Assembly: GCA_036375015.1 (NCBI GenBank)
Contig: DASUSR010000122.1
Span: 1-43,313 of the forward strand
Length of the DNA stretch: 43,313 bases
Direction: 5' to 3'
DNA from: Gemmatimonadales bacterium
GTDB lineage: Bacteria > Gemmatimonadota > Gemmatimonadetes > Gemmatimonadales > GWC2-71-9
This document shows positions 16,554 through 26,097 of this stretch, piece by piece. Under the pieces are notes generated by a model. That model did not search any database. It was given only the letters and a program-made list of their open reading frames with translations, and was not told where the DNA came from. Numbering within the stretch: position 1 is the stretch's first letter; every line of letters begins with the position of its first letter. The position numbers were made by a program, and so were the translations under genes.

Positions 16554-17888
16554 TCAAACCAGTGATGTCTCGCCGGCCAGCCGTCGCTCGATCTCGGGCG
16601 CGGGGCAGGTGAGGAGGTCCAGCAGTCCGTCCAGCGATCCGCTCGGCGTCGCCGCCACGAACACCCGCAGGCGACGCGCCGTCCGGTAGAGCTCGTCGGC
16701 CACCCGGGGCAGGCCCAGCTGGCCCGCCCTGCCCTCGTCGGTGAGCCGCTCGATGGTCCCCGCCCGGGTGCGGAGCGGGAGGTCCACCCCCAGCATCGAG
16801 GAGCGGGCCGGGTAGTCGAGCAGCAGCTCTCCGGGCTCCAGTCCCAGCCGTGCCGCCAGCGCGTCCTCCACCCGCTCGAGCAGTGCCGGGTCGTCGGTCA
16901 CCCACGGTTGCACGTCTGCGGGCACGTCGCTCGCGGGGAGGTCCAGCGCCCGCTTGTGCAGCCGGCGCGCGCGGATCGAGGCGGCGAGCGGGTTCCGGTC
17001 GCGGGTGATGAGCACCTCCATCAGCCCGTCGTCGGTCGCCTCGGCGATGGCTTCCATGCCGATGCTGCCGCGCGCCACCGCCCCCCGCACCGCCCGCTTG
17101 AACATGCAGGTCGCCGAGCGCACCGCGTGGTGCCAGTACACGTTCCGGTACATCTGGTACTTGGCGAAGAGCAGCGACTCGAGCGCGCTGACGCCCTTCT
17201 CCTGCACACCGACTTCGGGCCGGCCGGGCACGGTTTCGATTAGGGTGAGCGTGGAGAGCAGCCGGTCCACGTCCACCGTGCCGTAGGGCACGCCGCACAT
17301 CCGGGCGTCGCGGCTCAGGTAGTCGATCTTGTCCAGATCCAGCGACCCGGAGATCAGCCCCTGCAGCGGACTCCGGCTCTCACCCGTGATGAGCGCGCCG
17401 ACGGTGTCCGCGAACCCGGGTCCGCCGATCTCCCGCAGCCGCTCCCCGAGCTCGCCCAGACGCAACTTGGCGACGCCGAGCGTCTCGTGGGAGGGGAACC
17501 CGGCCTCCTCGAGCGCATGGGAGAACGGGTAGTGCCCGATGTCGTGCAGCAACGCCGCCAGCCGGACCGCGAGACAGTCCTCCTGGGCCACCCGCCCCAG
17601 CTCCCCCCGCTCCTCGAGCGCGCCGAGCGCGCGCTTGGTCAGGTGGTAGGCTCCGAGGGCGTGCTCGAAGCGGGTGTGGGTGGCGCCGGGGTAGACCAGG
17701 AACGCATGCCCCACCTGCCGCACGTACCGGAGCCGCTGCACGGCCGGGGTGTCGAGTGCCAGCAGGGCGGGGCGGTCGAGACGGATGTTGTCCCAGAGGG
17801 GGTCGCGGATGATCTCCAGGTCGGGCAGTCGGGAAGGCGGACGGACGGGCGGGGGAGAGTCAGGCGTCGGCCGTCGATCGCTTGTCAT
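16554..17888 (-). CDS. HD-domain phosphohydrolase (COG1078 / SAMHD1-like dNTP triphosphohydrolase fold)
   Basis: 444 aa from MTSDRRPT. RFEHALGAYHL, LLHDIGHYPFSH and DLDKIDYLSRDARMCGVPYG. Confidence 0.85.
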   Translation of the reverse strand: MTSDRRPTPDSPPPVRPPSRLPDLEIIRDPLWDNIRLDRPALLALDTPAVQRLRYVRQVGHAFLVYPGATHTRFEHALGAYHLTKRALGALEERGELGRVAQEDCLAVRLAALLHDIGHYPFSHALEEAGFPSHETLGVAKLRLGELGERLREIGGPGFADTVGALITGESRSPLQGLISGSLDLDKIDYLSRDARMCGVPYGTVDVDRLLSTLTLIETVPGRPEVGVQEKGVSALESLLFAKYQMYRNVYWHHAVRSATCMFKRAVRGAVARGSIGMEAIAEATDDGLMEVLITRDRNPLAASIRARRLHKRALDLPASDVPADVQPWVTDDPALLERVEDALAARLGLEPGELLLDYPARSSMLGVDLPLRTRAGTIERLTDEGRAGQLGLPRVADELYRTARRLRVFVAATPSGSLDGLLDLLTCPAPEIERRLAGETSLV

Positions 17889-17932
17889 CAGTGGTCGCTC
17901 CGCCCGCCTGCCCGCCCGCCCGTCAGCCCGAC

Positions 17933-19531
17933 CTATCTCGGTCCCGCCTTCGCCACCTCGTCCGCGACCGCGGCACGGTACTGCTCGAAGTTCTCCCGGA
18001 ACATGGTCGCCAGCTTCCGGGCCTGGGCGTCGTAGGCGGCGGCATCCGCCCAGGTGGAGCGGGGCTCGAGCAGCCCGCCGGGGACGCCGGGCACCTCCGC
18101 GGGAACCTCGAGGCCGAAGACCGGATCGGGCCGGTAGGCGACCCGGTCCAGCACGCCCGAAAGCGCGGCGCCCACCATGGCGCGGGTGTACGGCAGCTTC
18201 ATCCGCGAGCCGACCCCGTACGGCCCTCCGGTCCAGCCGGTGTTCACCAGCCAGACCCTCACCTCGTGCCGGGCGATGCGCTCGCCGAGCATGGTGGCGT
18301 AGACACCGGGGTGCAGCGGCAGGAACGGGGCGCCGAAGCAGGCGGAGAACGTCGCGGACGGCTCCGTGACGCCGCGCTCGGTGCCCGCCACCTTGGCGGT
18401 GTAGCCGGAGAGGAAGTGGTACATCGCCTGGGTCTGGTTCAGCCGGGCGATCGGAGGCAGCACGCCGAACGCGTCGGCCGTGAGGAAGACGATGTTCCTC
18501 GGGTGCGCGCCGGCCCCCGCCGGGAGATGATTCGGGATGTAGTGGATCGGGTAGCAGGCGCGGGTGTTCTCGGTGATCCGGTCGGCGTCGAAGTCCACCG
18601 ACCGGGTGGCCGGGTCGAGCACCACGTTCTCCAGCACGGTGCCGAACATGCGGGACGCGGCGTAGATCTCGGGCTCGGTGTCGGGCCGGAGCCGGATCAC
18701 CTTGGCGTAACAGCCGCCCTCGAAGTTGAAGATCCCGCGGTCGCTCCAGCCGTGCTCGTCGTCGCCGATGAGATAGCGGTTGGGATCGGCCGAGAGCGTG
18801 GTCTTGCCGGTCCCGGAAAGGCCGAAGAACACCGCCGTGTCCCCCTCGGGCCCGACGTTGGCCGAGCAGTGCATCGGCATGACCGATTGCGAGGGGAGGA
18901 GATAGTTGAGGACCGTGAAGATCGACTTCTTCATCTCGCCGGCGTACCGGGTGCCGCCGATCAGCACCAGCTTCTTGGCGAAATTGAGGACGATGAAGGT
19001 GCCCGTGCGGGTGCCGTGGCGGGAGGGGTCGGCCTGGAAATCGGGTGCGTGCAGGACGGTGAATCCGGGCCGGAACTGGGCCAGCTCCGCCGGGACCGCC
19101 CGGATGAACATGTTGCGCACGAAGAGGGCGTGCCAGGCGTTCGACGTGATGAAGCGCACCGGGAGGCGGTAGGCCGGGTCGGCCCCGCCGAAGAGGTCCT
19201 GCACGAACAGCTCGCGCGCGTCCAGGTACGCCCGCACGTCCTCGTGCAGCCGCTCGAACGCCACCGGGTCGAGCCGCGGGTTCTTCTCCCACCAGATCCG
19301 GTCGGCCGTGCCCGGCTCCTCGATCAGGAACTTGTCCTTGGGCGAGCGGCCCGTATGAGGCGCGGTGACCGCGGTAAAGGCGCCGGCATCGCTGAGCGTG
19401 CCCTCGCTGCGGCGGAGCGCATGCTCCAGCAGCGCGGGAGTGGCCAGATTCGCGTGGATTCGAATGGGAAAGAGGCCGTGCTCGACGAGGGTGAGGCTTT
19501 CACGCTGTACTGCGGTGATCTCGGTGGTCAT
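17933..19531 (-). CDS. pckA: phosphoenolpyruvate carboxykinase (ATP)
   Basis: 532 aa from [17 protein letters not shown], kinase-1a [11 protein letters not shown] and IGDDEHGW. Confidence 0.95.
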   Translation of the reverse strand: MTTEITAVQRESLTLVEHGLFPIRIHANLATPALLEHALRRSEGTLSDAGAFTAVTAPHTGRSPKDKFLIEEPGTADRIWWEKNPRLDPVAFERLHEDVRAYLDARELFVQDLFGGADPAYRLPVRFITSNAWHALFVRNMFIRAVPAELAQFRPGFTVLHAPDFQADPSRHGTRTGTFIVLNFAKKLVLIGGTRYAGEMKKSIFTVLNYLLPSQSVMPMHCSANVGPEGDTAVFFGLSGTGKTTLSADPNRYLIGDDEHGWSDRGIFNFEGGCYAKVIRLRPDTEPEIYAASRMFGTVLENVVLDPATRSVDFDADRITENTRACYPIHYIPNHLPAGAGAHPRNIVFLTADAFGVLPPIARLNQTQAMYHFLSGYTAKVAGTERGVTEPSATFSACFGAPFLPLHPGVYATMLGERIARHEVRVWLVNTGWTGGPYGVGSRMKLPYTRAMVGAALSGVLDRVAYRPDPVFGLEVPAEVPGVPGGLLEPRSTWADAAAYDAQARKLATMFRENFEQYRAAVADEVAKAGPR

Positions 19532-19639
19532 ACGCTCCCGGTGCGCCGGCGGCGCCTTAGAAGGTTCGGCCGCCCGGTGCGGCCGCAAGCAGGCCGGAAA
19601 GATCGGCAGGTCGCCGTCCCGGTGCAACGGCCGGACGTG

Positions 19640-19673
19640 CCGGGACTCCCGGGGAGTGAGCCGGGAGTCCCGG
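19640..19673 (-). terminator. perfect 13-bp inverted repeat (CCGGGACTCCCGG N8 CCGGGAGTCCCGG), putative terminator after the OMP-metalloprotease pair
   Basis: Begins 25 nt downstream of the stop at 19698. Arm coordinates were verified via an overlapping ORF-track translation. No U-tract follows, so factor-independent termination is unproven. Confidence 0.4.
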
Positions 19674-19697
19674 TGTAACCTGCTGCCGCCGCGGAAC

Positions 19698-20372
19698 TTA
19701 CTCCAGGACGGGCCGCACCGCCTGGATGGTGGGCGGCAGATGATAGAGCGCCTCGGCGGTCTCCCGGTCCCGCGCGCTCGGCTGCTCCACGTTCGGGTCG
19801 GTGTACATCAGGTCGGTCGGGTTGGGCGAGTGGGCGAAGATGCCGAGCGCGTGGCCCATCTCGTGGATGGTGGTGAGACCCAGGCAGCGATCGAGACCGG
19901 GCAGATCCCCCGAGACCGGATCGATGAAGATCCGCACCGGCAGGCGCAGCTCGGTGAGGTCCGGGCTCACATCCAAGTCGGTGGCCCCGGAGCACTGGGG
20001 GGCCAGCGCGCTGGGCAGCCGGGTGACGCCCAGCTGCACCTTGGCGGGAGCCGGCGCGCCGCGCACGATGACGTCGGCGCCGGCGGAGTCGCCGACCAGC
20101 TCGGCCTGGAACTCCCGATACAGATAGACTGACTCCCAGGTGTCGATCGCCCGCTGCATGAGCTGGGGGAGATTCCCGGTCTCCTCCACCCAGACCCGCA
20201 CCGGCAGCGCCGCGCGGGGCCAGTGGAAGTGGAGGGTGTCCTCGCCGGCGCCGGAGGGCACGATGAGGCGCCACTCGTACAGATCGTTGCGGATCGGCTC
20301 GGCGATGTCGCCGCAGGCCAGTGCGGTCAGGGCGGCGAGGCCCAGGACGGGGCCCCGGAAGGCACGGGTCAT
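19698..20372 (-). CDS. lipoprotein, matrixin-like (M10/metzincin) zinc metalloprotease
   Basis: Lipobox LTALAC-GD. Zinc motif [12 protein letters not shown] followed by DLMYT (Met-turn-like) and DRETAEALY. Confidence 0.75.
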   Translation of the reverse strand: MTRAFRGPVLGLAALTALACGDIAEPIRNDLYEWRLIVPSGAGEDTLHFHWPRAALPVRVWVEETGNLPQLMQRAIDTWESVYLYREFQAELVGDSAGADVIVRGAPAPAKVQLGVTRLPSALAPQCSGATDLDVSPDLTELRLPVRIFIDPVSGDLPGLDRCLGLTTIHEMGHALGIFAHSPNPTDLMYTDPNVEQPSARDRETAEALYHLPPTIQAVRPVLE

Positions 20373-20968
20373 CGAAGGCTCCGGGCGACGCCCACGGAGA
20401 GGGAGACCCGGCTGACCGCCTGGGTCGAGGAGAAGTCCCGCGCCTCCAGCTCATCGGTGGTGAACCGATGGTAGTCGTAGCGCAGCGAGGCCATGAAGTC
20501 CCAGCGGTCGAATGCCGGCCGCCGGTAGTCGGCACCTGCGCCGGCCAGCCAGCGGGTGGAGCCGCCCTGCCGGAAGATCCCGGTGTCATCCGAGGGCCAG
20601 TACATCAGGGCCCCCAGTCCGGCGCGCCAGCGGATCCCCTGGGCCAGCGGCCCCTCGAGATTCAGCAGGAGCGACCCGGTGCGCAGGGTGCCGAGATCGG
20701 TCTCCACCGGGCCTTCCTCGCTGTGAAAGCCGCCGGAGGTGACGGCGGCCTCGAGGCCGACCCGGTACCCGGGGCTGATGGGGAGCGAGGCGCCGAACGC
20801 GACCATCGGCGCGATGGACTGGCGCACGTTGATCTCCGAGACGATGACGTCGCGGAGGAGATCGCTGGCCCAGATGGCCCCGACGCGGGCATAGTAGTCC
20901 GTCTGGCCGTGCAGGGCCGCGGTACTCGCCGGGAACAGCACGGCGAGGATCAGCAGTGATCGTGGCAT
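20369..20968 (-). CDS. small outer-membrane beta-barrel-like protein
   Basis: Signal peptide MPRSLLILAVLFPASTAALHGQ. Alternating hydrophobic beta-strand pattern. ATGA overlap with the protease gene. Confidence 0.55.
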   Translation of the reverse strand: MPRSLLILAVLFPASTAALHGQTDYYARVGAIWASDLLRDVIVSEINVRQSIAPMVAFGASLPISPGYRVGLEAAVTSGGFHSEEGPVETDLGTLRTGSLLLNLEGPLAQGIRWRAGLGALMYWPSDDTGIFRQGGSTRWLAGAGADYRRPAFDRWDFMASLRYDYHRFTTDELEARDFSSTQAVSRVSLSVGVARSLR

Positions 20969-20999
20969 CGCTGGAAGATGGATTTGGGCCGGCGGGCGG

Positions 21000-21869
21000 T
21001 CAACGCGAGCGCACGCGGGCGTAGGCGCGCAGACGTCGCAGCATGCGACGGTCGAGCGCGTCGCCGTCGCCCTTGGGCGTCTCGATCACCTTCATGACCG
21101 ACGCGAACCTCGGGTCGCGCATGATGCGGCGGAACGGCTCCGGGCCGAGCGACCCCTCCCCGATCAGCTCGTGACGGTCGCGGCGGGAGCCGAACGGGGT
21201 CTTGGAGTCGTTGAGGTGGAGGCAGCGCAGGTGCTCGAGCCCGAGCACGGCGTCCCAGCGCGCCCAGACCCCGTCGTAGTCTCCGACCAAATCGTAGCCT
21301 GCCGCATAGAGGTGGCAGGTATCGGCGCAGAAGGCCACCCGGCGCCGGACCTTGGCGCCGATGAGCCGGCGCAGCCGCGCCAGCTCCTCGAACGTGCTCC
21401 CCAGGGTGGTCCCGGTGCCGGCCGTGGTCTCCAGCAGCACCATGACCCCCGGCACCGCCTCGAGGCAGCGGGTGCAGGCGTCGGCGTTCCGGCGCAGGCC
21501 GGCCTCCCGGTCGTCGATGAAGCAGCCCGGATGGGACACGACCGCGGGGATTCCCAGGGCACGACAGCGTCGCAGCTCGGCCGTGAACGACTCGGCCGAC
21601 CGGGCCGCGAGCACCGGGTCGGGCGAGGCGAGGTTGATTAGGTAGGAGTCATGCGACACTATACTGGTAATGCCCGTGCGCTGGCGCGCGCGCCGGAACT
21701 CCGCCACCGTCTCGTCGGTCAACTGCGGTTCGCGCCACTGATTGGGGGTCTTGGTGAACACCTGGATCGCCGTCGCGCCGATGGCCGCCCCCCGGCCCGG
21801 GCCGGTGTGGACCCCGCCCTGTACCGATACGTGCGCCCCCAGCAGATCGCCCGCCTTCGCATGAATCAT
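21000..21869 (-). CDS. nfo: deoxyribonuclease IV (endonuclease IV)
   Basis: LGAHVSVQGG, SHDSYLINLAS, FCADTCHLYAAGYD and HLNDSK. Start taken at MIHAKAG, where GAGAG lies 6 nt upstream. Alternative starts are at 21875 and 21884 (GTG). Confidence 0.9.
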   Translation of the reverse strand: MIHAKAGDLLGAHVSVQGGVHTGPGRGAAIGATAIQVFTKTPNQWREPQLTDETVAEFRRARQRTGITSIVSHDSYLINLASPDPVLAARSAESFTAELRRCRALGIPAVVSHPGCFIDDREAGLRRNADACTRCLEAVPGVMVLLETTAGTGTTLGSTFEELARLRRLIGAKVRRRVAFCADTCHLYAAGYDLVGDYDGVWARWDAVLGLEHLRCLHLNDSKTPFGSRRDRHELIGEGSLGPEPFRRIMRDPRFASVMKVIETPKGDGDALDRRMLRRLRAYARVRSR

Positions 21870-21886
21870 CGTCATCTCTCGCACCC

Positions 21887-23176
21887 GTGACCGACGCCGC
21901 CCTGGGGGAACCGCTCGACCTGCCCCGGCTGCTCCTGGCCGGCGACGTCGGCGCTCGTCCCGAAGGGCTGGAGCGGGCCCTGACCAGGGCCGGCTTCCGG
22001 GTAACCGAGGAGTCGTTTCCCGACGCCCCCGGCCCGACCGATGCCGTGCTGCTCACCGTCGGAGCGGTGGACCGGCGGGAGCTGCCCGGGCTCGTCCGGC
22101 CGGGCGAGGACCATCCGCCCCAGGTCATCCTCTTCACGGCCGGTGATCCCGACCTGACCGCCGTGGCGCTCGAGCTCGGCGCGGAGGACGCCCTCATGGC
22201 GCCGGTGCACCTGCCCGAGCTCTGCGCCCGCATCCACGCCCGGATCCGGGACCGCCAGGCGCCGCGGCGCACGGCGTACGAGCGCCAGGCGCGCGAGGCG
22301 CTCGAGGCGATGGTCACGGAAGCGCGCACCGCGCTCCTCCCCGAGGAGATCGTCCTGGCGCTGGTGCGCCGGCTGGCCCGTGCCTTCGACCTGGCCACCT
22401 GCGTCTTCCTCAGCGCGGGACCGGGCGAGCGCGGCCGCATCGTGGCGGACGCCGGCCGCACTTCGCAGGAGGAGACGCTCGACCTGCGCGAGCATCCCGA
22501 GATCCTGGAGGCCGTGCTCACCCGCCGCCCCGCGATGATGACGGCGCCCGGCCCGGCCCCCACCCTGGTGCTCCCGGTCGGCGAGGAAGGCGCGCGGTCG
22601 GTGCTGCTGCTCCGCCCCCGCGAAGGACATGCGCCCCTTGCCGCGGCCCAGCTCGCCCTCGCCTCGAGCCTGGGCGAGGCGGCCGTGCGCGCCATGGCCT
22701 CGCCCGGCCAAGGCGAAGGGTCCGCCTCCCTCGAGCGCCGCCTGCAGGAGGAATTCGAGCGCGCCCGCCGCTACTCGCTCAGCTTCAGCCTGGTCCTGGT
22801 GGCGATCGACGCGCTCGAAGAGGCGTTGCGCCGGGTGGACGACCAGGCGGGGAGCCGCCTCGTGCTCGACGTCATGACCGAGCTGCGGCGGACGCTGCGG
22901 GTGCCCGACTACGTGAGCCCCTACGCCGGCGAGCGGTTCGCCATCGTGCTCCCCGAGACGGACGTCTCCGGGGCACGCAGCTCCGTGGGCCGGGTCCGGG
23001 ACCGACTCGCGTCCCTGCCGCTGCAGCCGGACGGGCGTCGAGCCGGGCTCAGCGCCGGCATCGTGGGGTTCCCCCATCCGGCGGTCACCCAGCCCGACGA
23101 CATGTTCGCCCTGGTCGAGGCCGCGCTCGAGCGGGGGCGGATGCTGGCGGGTGAGCGGGTGGGCGTCGCGGAGTGA
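21887..23176 (+). CDS. pseudo-receiver - GAF - degenerate GGDEF domain protein (AGERF in place of GGDEF, RxxD I-site retained)
   Basis: REC-like N-terminus lacking the phospho-Asp and the conserved Lys (DAVLLTV, MAPV). A GAF-like middle region. The GGDEF fold is ...LVLVAID...RVPDYVSPYAGERFAIVLPET... Confidence 0.8.
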   Translation: MTDAALGEPLDLPRLLLAGDVGARPEGLERALTRAGFRVTEESFPDAPGPTDAVLLTVGAVDRRELPGLVRPGEDHPPQVILFTAGDPDLTAVALELGAEDALMAPVHLPELCARIHARIRDRQAPRRTAYERQAREALEAMVTEARTALLPEEIVLALVRRLARAFDLATCVFLSAGPGERGRIVADAGRTSQEETLDLREHPEILEAVLTRRPAMMTAPGPAPTLVLPVGEEGARSVLLLRPREGHAPLAAAQLALASSLGEAAVRAMASPGQGEGSASLERRLQEEFERARRYSLSFSLVLVAIDALEEALRRVDDQAGSRLVLDVMTELRRTLRVPDYVSPYAGERFAIVLPETDVSGARSSVGRVRDRLASLPLQPDGRRAGLSAGIVGFPHPAVTQPDDMFALVEAALERGRMLAGERVGVAE

Positions 23177-23186
23177 GGGCGCCGCC

Positions 23187-24473
23187 TCAGCGTTTCCGGA
23201 GCCACTCCGTCGGATCCAGCGCCACCTGATTCTCGCCCCGAATCTCGAAGTGCAGGTGCGGGCCGTAGTCGGAATTCTCTCCGCCGACCCGGCCCAGCGG
23301 CTCGCCCTTGGTGACCGAGGCGCCGAGCTTGACGGACGCGCTCTGCAGGTGTGAGTACACCGAGTAGTAGCCGTTCCCGTGCTCCAGCACCACCGTGAGG
23401 CCGTAGGTGCCGAACTGTCCCACCAGCCGCACCTTGCCCGACTCCACCGCCTTGATCGCCGTGCCCGGGGAGGCGGCGATCCCGATCCCGTTCCAGCGAA
23501 TGATGCCGCCGCTCGGCAGGGTGTCGCGCCCGAAGCGGTAGACGATGGCGCCTTCCACCGGCCAGTCCAGCCGCCCGAGATCGGCCGTGGTGATGGAGCC
23601 GGGCAGCGGCGTGGTGCCGCGGAGCCCGCGGGAAGCCTCGTCCCGCCTGGCCCGCTCCAGCGACGCCAGCAGGGAGTTGAGCCTCGACTCGTCCTTGCGC
23701 AGCTCGGCGAGCCGCCGCTCCGTGTTTCGCGCCGAGCGCTGGAGCTGCGCCAGCCGCCGGGCGCGGGCCTTCGCCAGGTCGGAGTACTTCGAGTACTCGG
23801 CCTCCCGCTCGGCGCGCGTTCGGTCGAGCTGCTGGCGCACGTTGAGCAGGTCGTTCCGCTGCTGCACCACCCGGCTCCGGAGATTCTCCACGTCGGCGAC
23901 CAGCGCGCGGTCCTGCCGGCTGGTGAGGTACAGGTACTTGTAGCGGCTCAGCAGGTCGCCGAACGACTCGGCCGCGAGCAGCGCCTGGTAGGTATAGAGC
24001 GCCCCGCGCTTGTAGATGTCCACCAGGCGGCGCTCCAGCACCGCCCGCCGCTCCGCCAGGTTGTCCTCCGCCAGGATCAGCTCGGCCGAAGAGCGGTCGA
24101 GCTGCGAGGCAAGCCCGCCGATCTGGCGCTCGATCTCGTCGACGATCCGCTGGGTGGACTCCCGTTGCCGCTCCAGGTTCCGCAGCTCGTCCCCCACATC
24201 GTGCACCTGGCCCTGGAGTCGCTGCTGCTGCTCCTGGAGCCGGTCGCGCTCGCGACGGATGGCCTCGAGCCGCCGGCGGCTCTCCACGAGGTCCTTGGGC
24301 TCCTGGGCCTGGCCGGCCGCCGGCGCGGGTGCCAGGATCATGGCGGCCGGCGGCAGCAAGGCGGCGGGGGAGGCGGGCAGCAGGGCGGTCAAGGCATACC
24401 GGAGCGCCACGCCCCAGCGCGATCCTCCGCCCCGCCGCCCCGCCGTCCCGCTGCCCGGCCTGCTGTCAGACAT
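23187..24473 (-). CDS. murein hydrolase activator EnvC-like (coiled coil plus M23/LytM domain)
   Basis: A long Q/R/E-rich coiled coil, then the C-terminal LytM fold GIGIAASPGTAIKAV...GLTVVLEHGNGYYSVYSHL...GPHLHFEIR. 8-nt overlap with the ftsX stop. Confidence 0.85.
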   Translation of the reverse strand: MSDSRPGSGTAGRRGGGSRWGVALRYALTALLPASPAALLPPAAMILAPAPAAGQAQEPKDLVESRRRLEAIRRERDRLQEQQQRLQGQVHDVGDELRNLERQRESTQRIVDEIERQIGGLASQLDRSSAELILAEDNLAERRAVLERRLVDIYKRGALYTYQALLAAESFGDLLSRYKYLYLTSRQDRALVADVENLRSRVVQQRNDLLNVRQQLDRTRAEREAEYSKYSDLAKARARRLAQLQRSARNTERRLAELRKDESRLNSLLASLERARRDEASRGLRGTTPLPGSITTADLGRLDWPVEGAIVYRFGRDTLPSGGIIRWNGIGIAASPGTAIKAVESGKVRLVGQFGTYGLTVVLEHGNGYYSVYSHLQSASVKLGASVTKGEPLGRVGGENSDYGPHLHFEIRGENQVALDPTEWLRKR

Positions 24474-25335
24474 TCCTCAGGTGCCTTCCCACGCTCACCA
24501 GACTTCCCGCCAGACCGAGCAGGATGCCGAAGACGATCAGCACCGCCATCTGATCCGGCCGGAAGAAGATGAGCCCCGAGAACGGGCCGGCGGCCTGGTC
24601 GCGGAACAGCAGGTAGCCCGCGTAGCAGAGCACCAGGGAGAGCAGCCCGCCCATCAGCCCTTTGAGCGCGCCTTCGAGCAGGAACGGTCCGCGGATGAAC
24701 GAGTTGGTGGCGCCGACCAGCCGCATGATCGAGATCTCGCGGGCCCGCTGCAGGATGGTGAGCCGGATGGTCACCCCGATGATCACGATCGCTACGGCGG
24801 CGAAGGCGAGGCCGATCACCAGCCCCACGATGCCGGCCACGTTGCGGAGCTGGTCCAGGCGCTGCACCCAGTCGCGCCCGAAGCGGACGTCGTCCACGAA
24901 GGAGAACCCGCGCAACCGCTGGGCCACCTGCCCGACGCTGGCCGCGTCACGGTAGCCCTCCTTCATCCGGACCTCGATCGAGGCGGGGAGGGGGTTCACC
25001 TGGAGGTCGCGGTAGGCGTCCCGGAACTCGACCAGCTCGGCCCGCGCCCGCGCGAGGGCCTGCTGCTCGGTCACGAAGATCACCTCCTGCACCTCGGGGA
25101 AGGCCGCGATATCCTGGGTGGCGAGGGTGATCGTCTCCGCCGGCGTGCCGCGCAGCACGAAGGCGACGACCTCGACCCGTTCCTCCAGCCCGCGGAGCGC
25201 CTGCCGCAGGTTGATCGCCACCAGCCCGAAGAGGCCGAGAGTGAAGAGCGAGAACGCGATGGTGGTGACCGAGAGGGTCGAGAGGAGCGGCGCCCGGCGA
25301 AAGGAGAGGAGCGCCTCGCGCGTGAGCAGCCTCAC
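24466..25335 (-). CDS. ftsX: cell division ABC transporter permease FtsX
   Basis: 289 aa with one TM segment, a periplasmic loop and three TM segments. REISIMRLVGATNSFIRGPF motif. GTGA overlap with ftsE. Confidence 0.9.
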   Translation of the reverse strand: MRLLTREALLSFRRAPLLSTLSVTTIAFSLFTLGLFGLVAINLRQALRGLEERVEVVAFVLRGTPAETITLATQDIAAFPEVQEVIFVTEQQALARARAELVEFRDAYRDLQVNPLPASIEVRMKEGYRDAASVGQVAQRLRGFSFVDDVRFGRDWVQRLDQLRNVAGIVGLVIGLAFAAVAIVIIGVTIRLTILQRAREISIMRLVGATNSFIRGPFLLEGALKGLMGGLLSLVLCYAGYLLFRDQAAGPFSGLIFFRPDQMAVLIVFGILLGLAGSLVSVGRHLRNV

Positions 25336-26024
25336 GTGGCCTCCACCGCGTCCGCCTCGTCCACCTGGCTGTCGTACACGACGGTGCCGTCGCGCAGCTC
25401 GATGGTCCGGTAGGCGGCCTGCCGGACCAGGTCGAGGTCGTGCGTAGCCATGACCACCACCGTGCCCCCCGCGTTGATGTCCCGCAGGAGTTGGAAAACG
25501 CCGCGGGTGGCGCGCTCGTCGAGGTTGCCGGTGGGCTCGTCGGCCACCAGGATCGCTGGATCGTTCACCAGCGCCCGAGCGATGGCGATCCGCTGCTGCT
25601 CGCCGCCCGACAGCTCCCGGGGGTAGGCCCGGCTCTTGGCCGTGAGCCCGACCTGGGTGAGGACCCGCATCACCCGGGCGTCGATGGTGTCGCGCCGGGC
25701 GCCGGTGACCTCGAGCGCGAACGCGATGTTCTCCGCCGCGGTCCGGTCCTCCAGCAGCCGGAAATCCTGGAACACGACGCCGAGCCGGCGCCGCAGGCTG
25801 GGCACCTCGTCGCGCTTGAGGGCGCTCACGTTGTAGCCTGACACCCGCACCTCGCCGCTGGTGGGGCGCTGCTCGGCGAACAACAGCTTGAGGATGGTGG
25901 ACTTCCCCGCGCCGGAGTGTCCGGTGAGGAAGACGAACTCGCCCTTGCCCACCCGGAACGTCACGTCCTTGAGGGCCAGCGCACCATTGGGATACGACTT
26001 GTAGACGTGGGAGAAGCGGATCAC
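25332..26024 (-). CDS. ftsE: cell division ATP-binding protein FtsE
   Basis: MIRFSHVYKSY..., Walker A GHSGAGKST, LSGGEQQR and ILVADEPTGNLD. Confidence 0.95.
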   Translation of the reverse strand: MIRFSHVYKSYPNGALALKDVTFRVGKGEFVFLTGHSGAGKSTILKLLFAEQRPTSGEVRVSGYNVSALKRDEVPSLRRRLGVVFQDFRLLEDRTAAENIAFALEVTGARRDTIDARVMRVLTQVGLTAKSRAYPRELSGGEQQRIAIARALVNDPAILVADEPTGNLDERATRGVFQLLRDINAGGTVVVMATHDLDLVRQAAYRTIELRDGTVVYDSQVDEADAVEAT

Positions 26025-26072
26025 GGGTCGGAAGGTAATGGGCCGGGAAAAGCGGGAAAAGTGAAGAGGGCA

Positions 26073-26097
26073 GGGTGAAGGGAGCTCCCCATCACCC
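26073..26097 (-). terminator. hairpin overlapping the stop codon of the PLP enzyme gene, followed by a U-rich stretch on the minus strand
   Basis: GGGTGA/TCACCC outer stem and GGG/CCC inner stem. Downstream on the minus strand is CUUCACUUUUCCCGCUUUUCCC. It lies between the end of the lepA-to-PLP gene chain and ftsE. Confidence 0.3.

Noticed and set aside
16554-19292. 912-aa ORF fusing the HD-domain gene with upstream sequence
   Set aside because: Upstream of Met469 it runs through pckA in a different frame. Only the C-terminal 444 aa have HD-family similarity.
23170-23195. Short hairpin (GAGG gcgccg CCTC) spanning the convergent stops of the GGDEF-like and EnvC-like genes as a bidirectional terminator
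   Set aside because: It has only 4-5 bp and no U-tract, which is not distinguishable from background.
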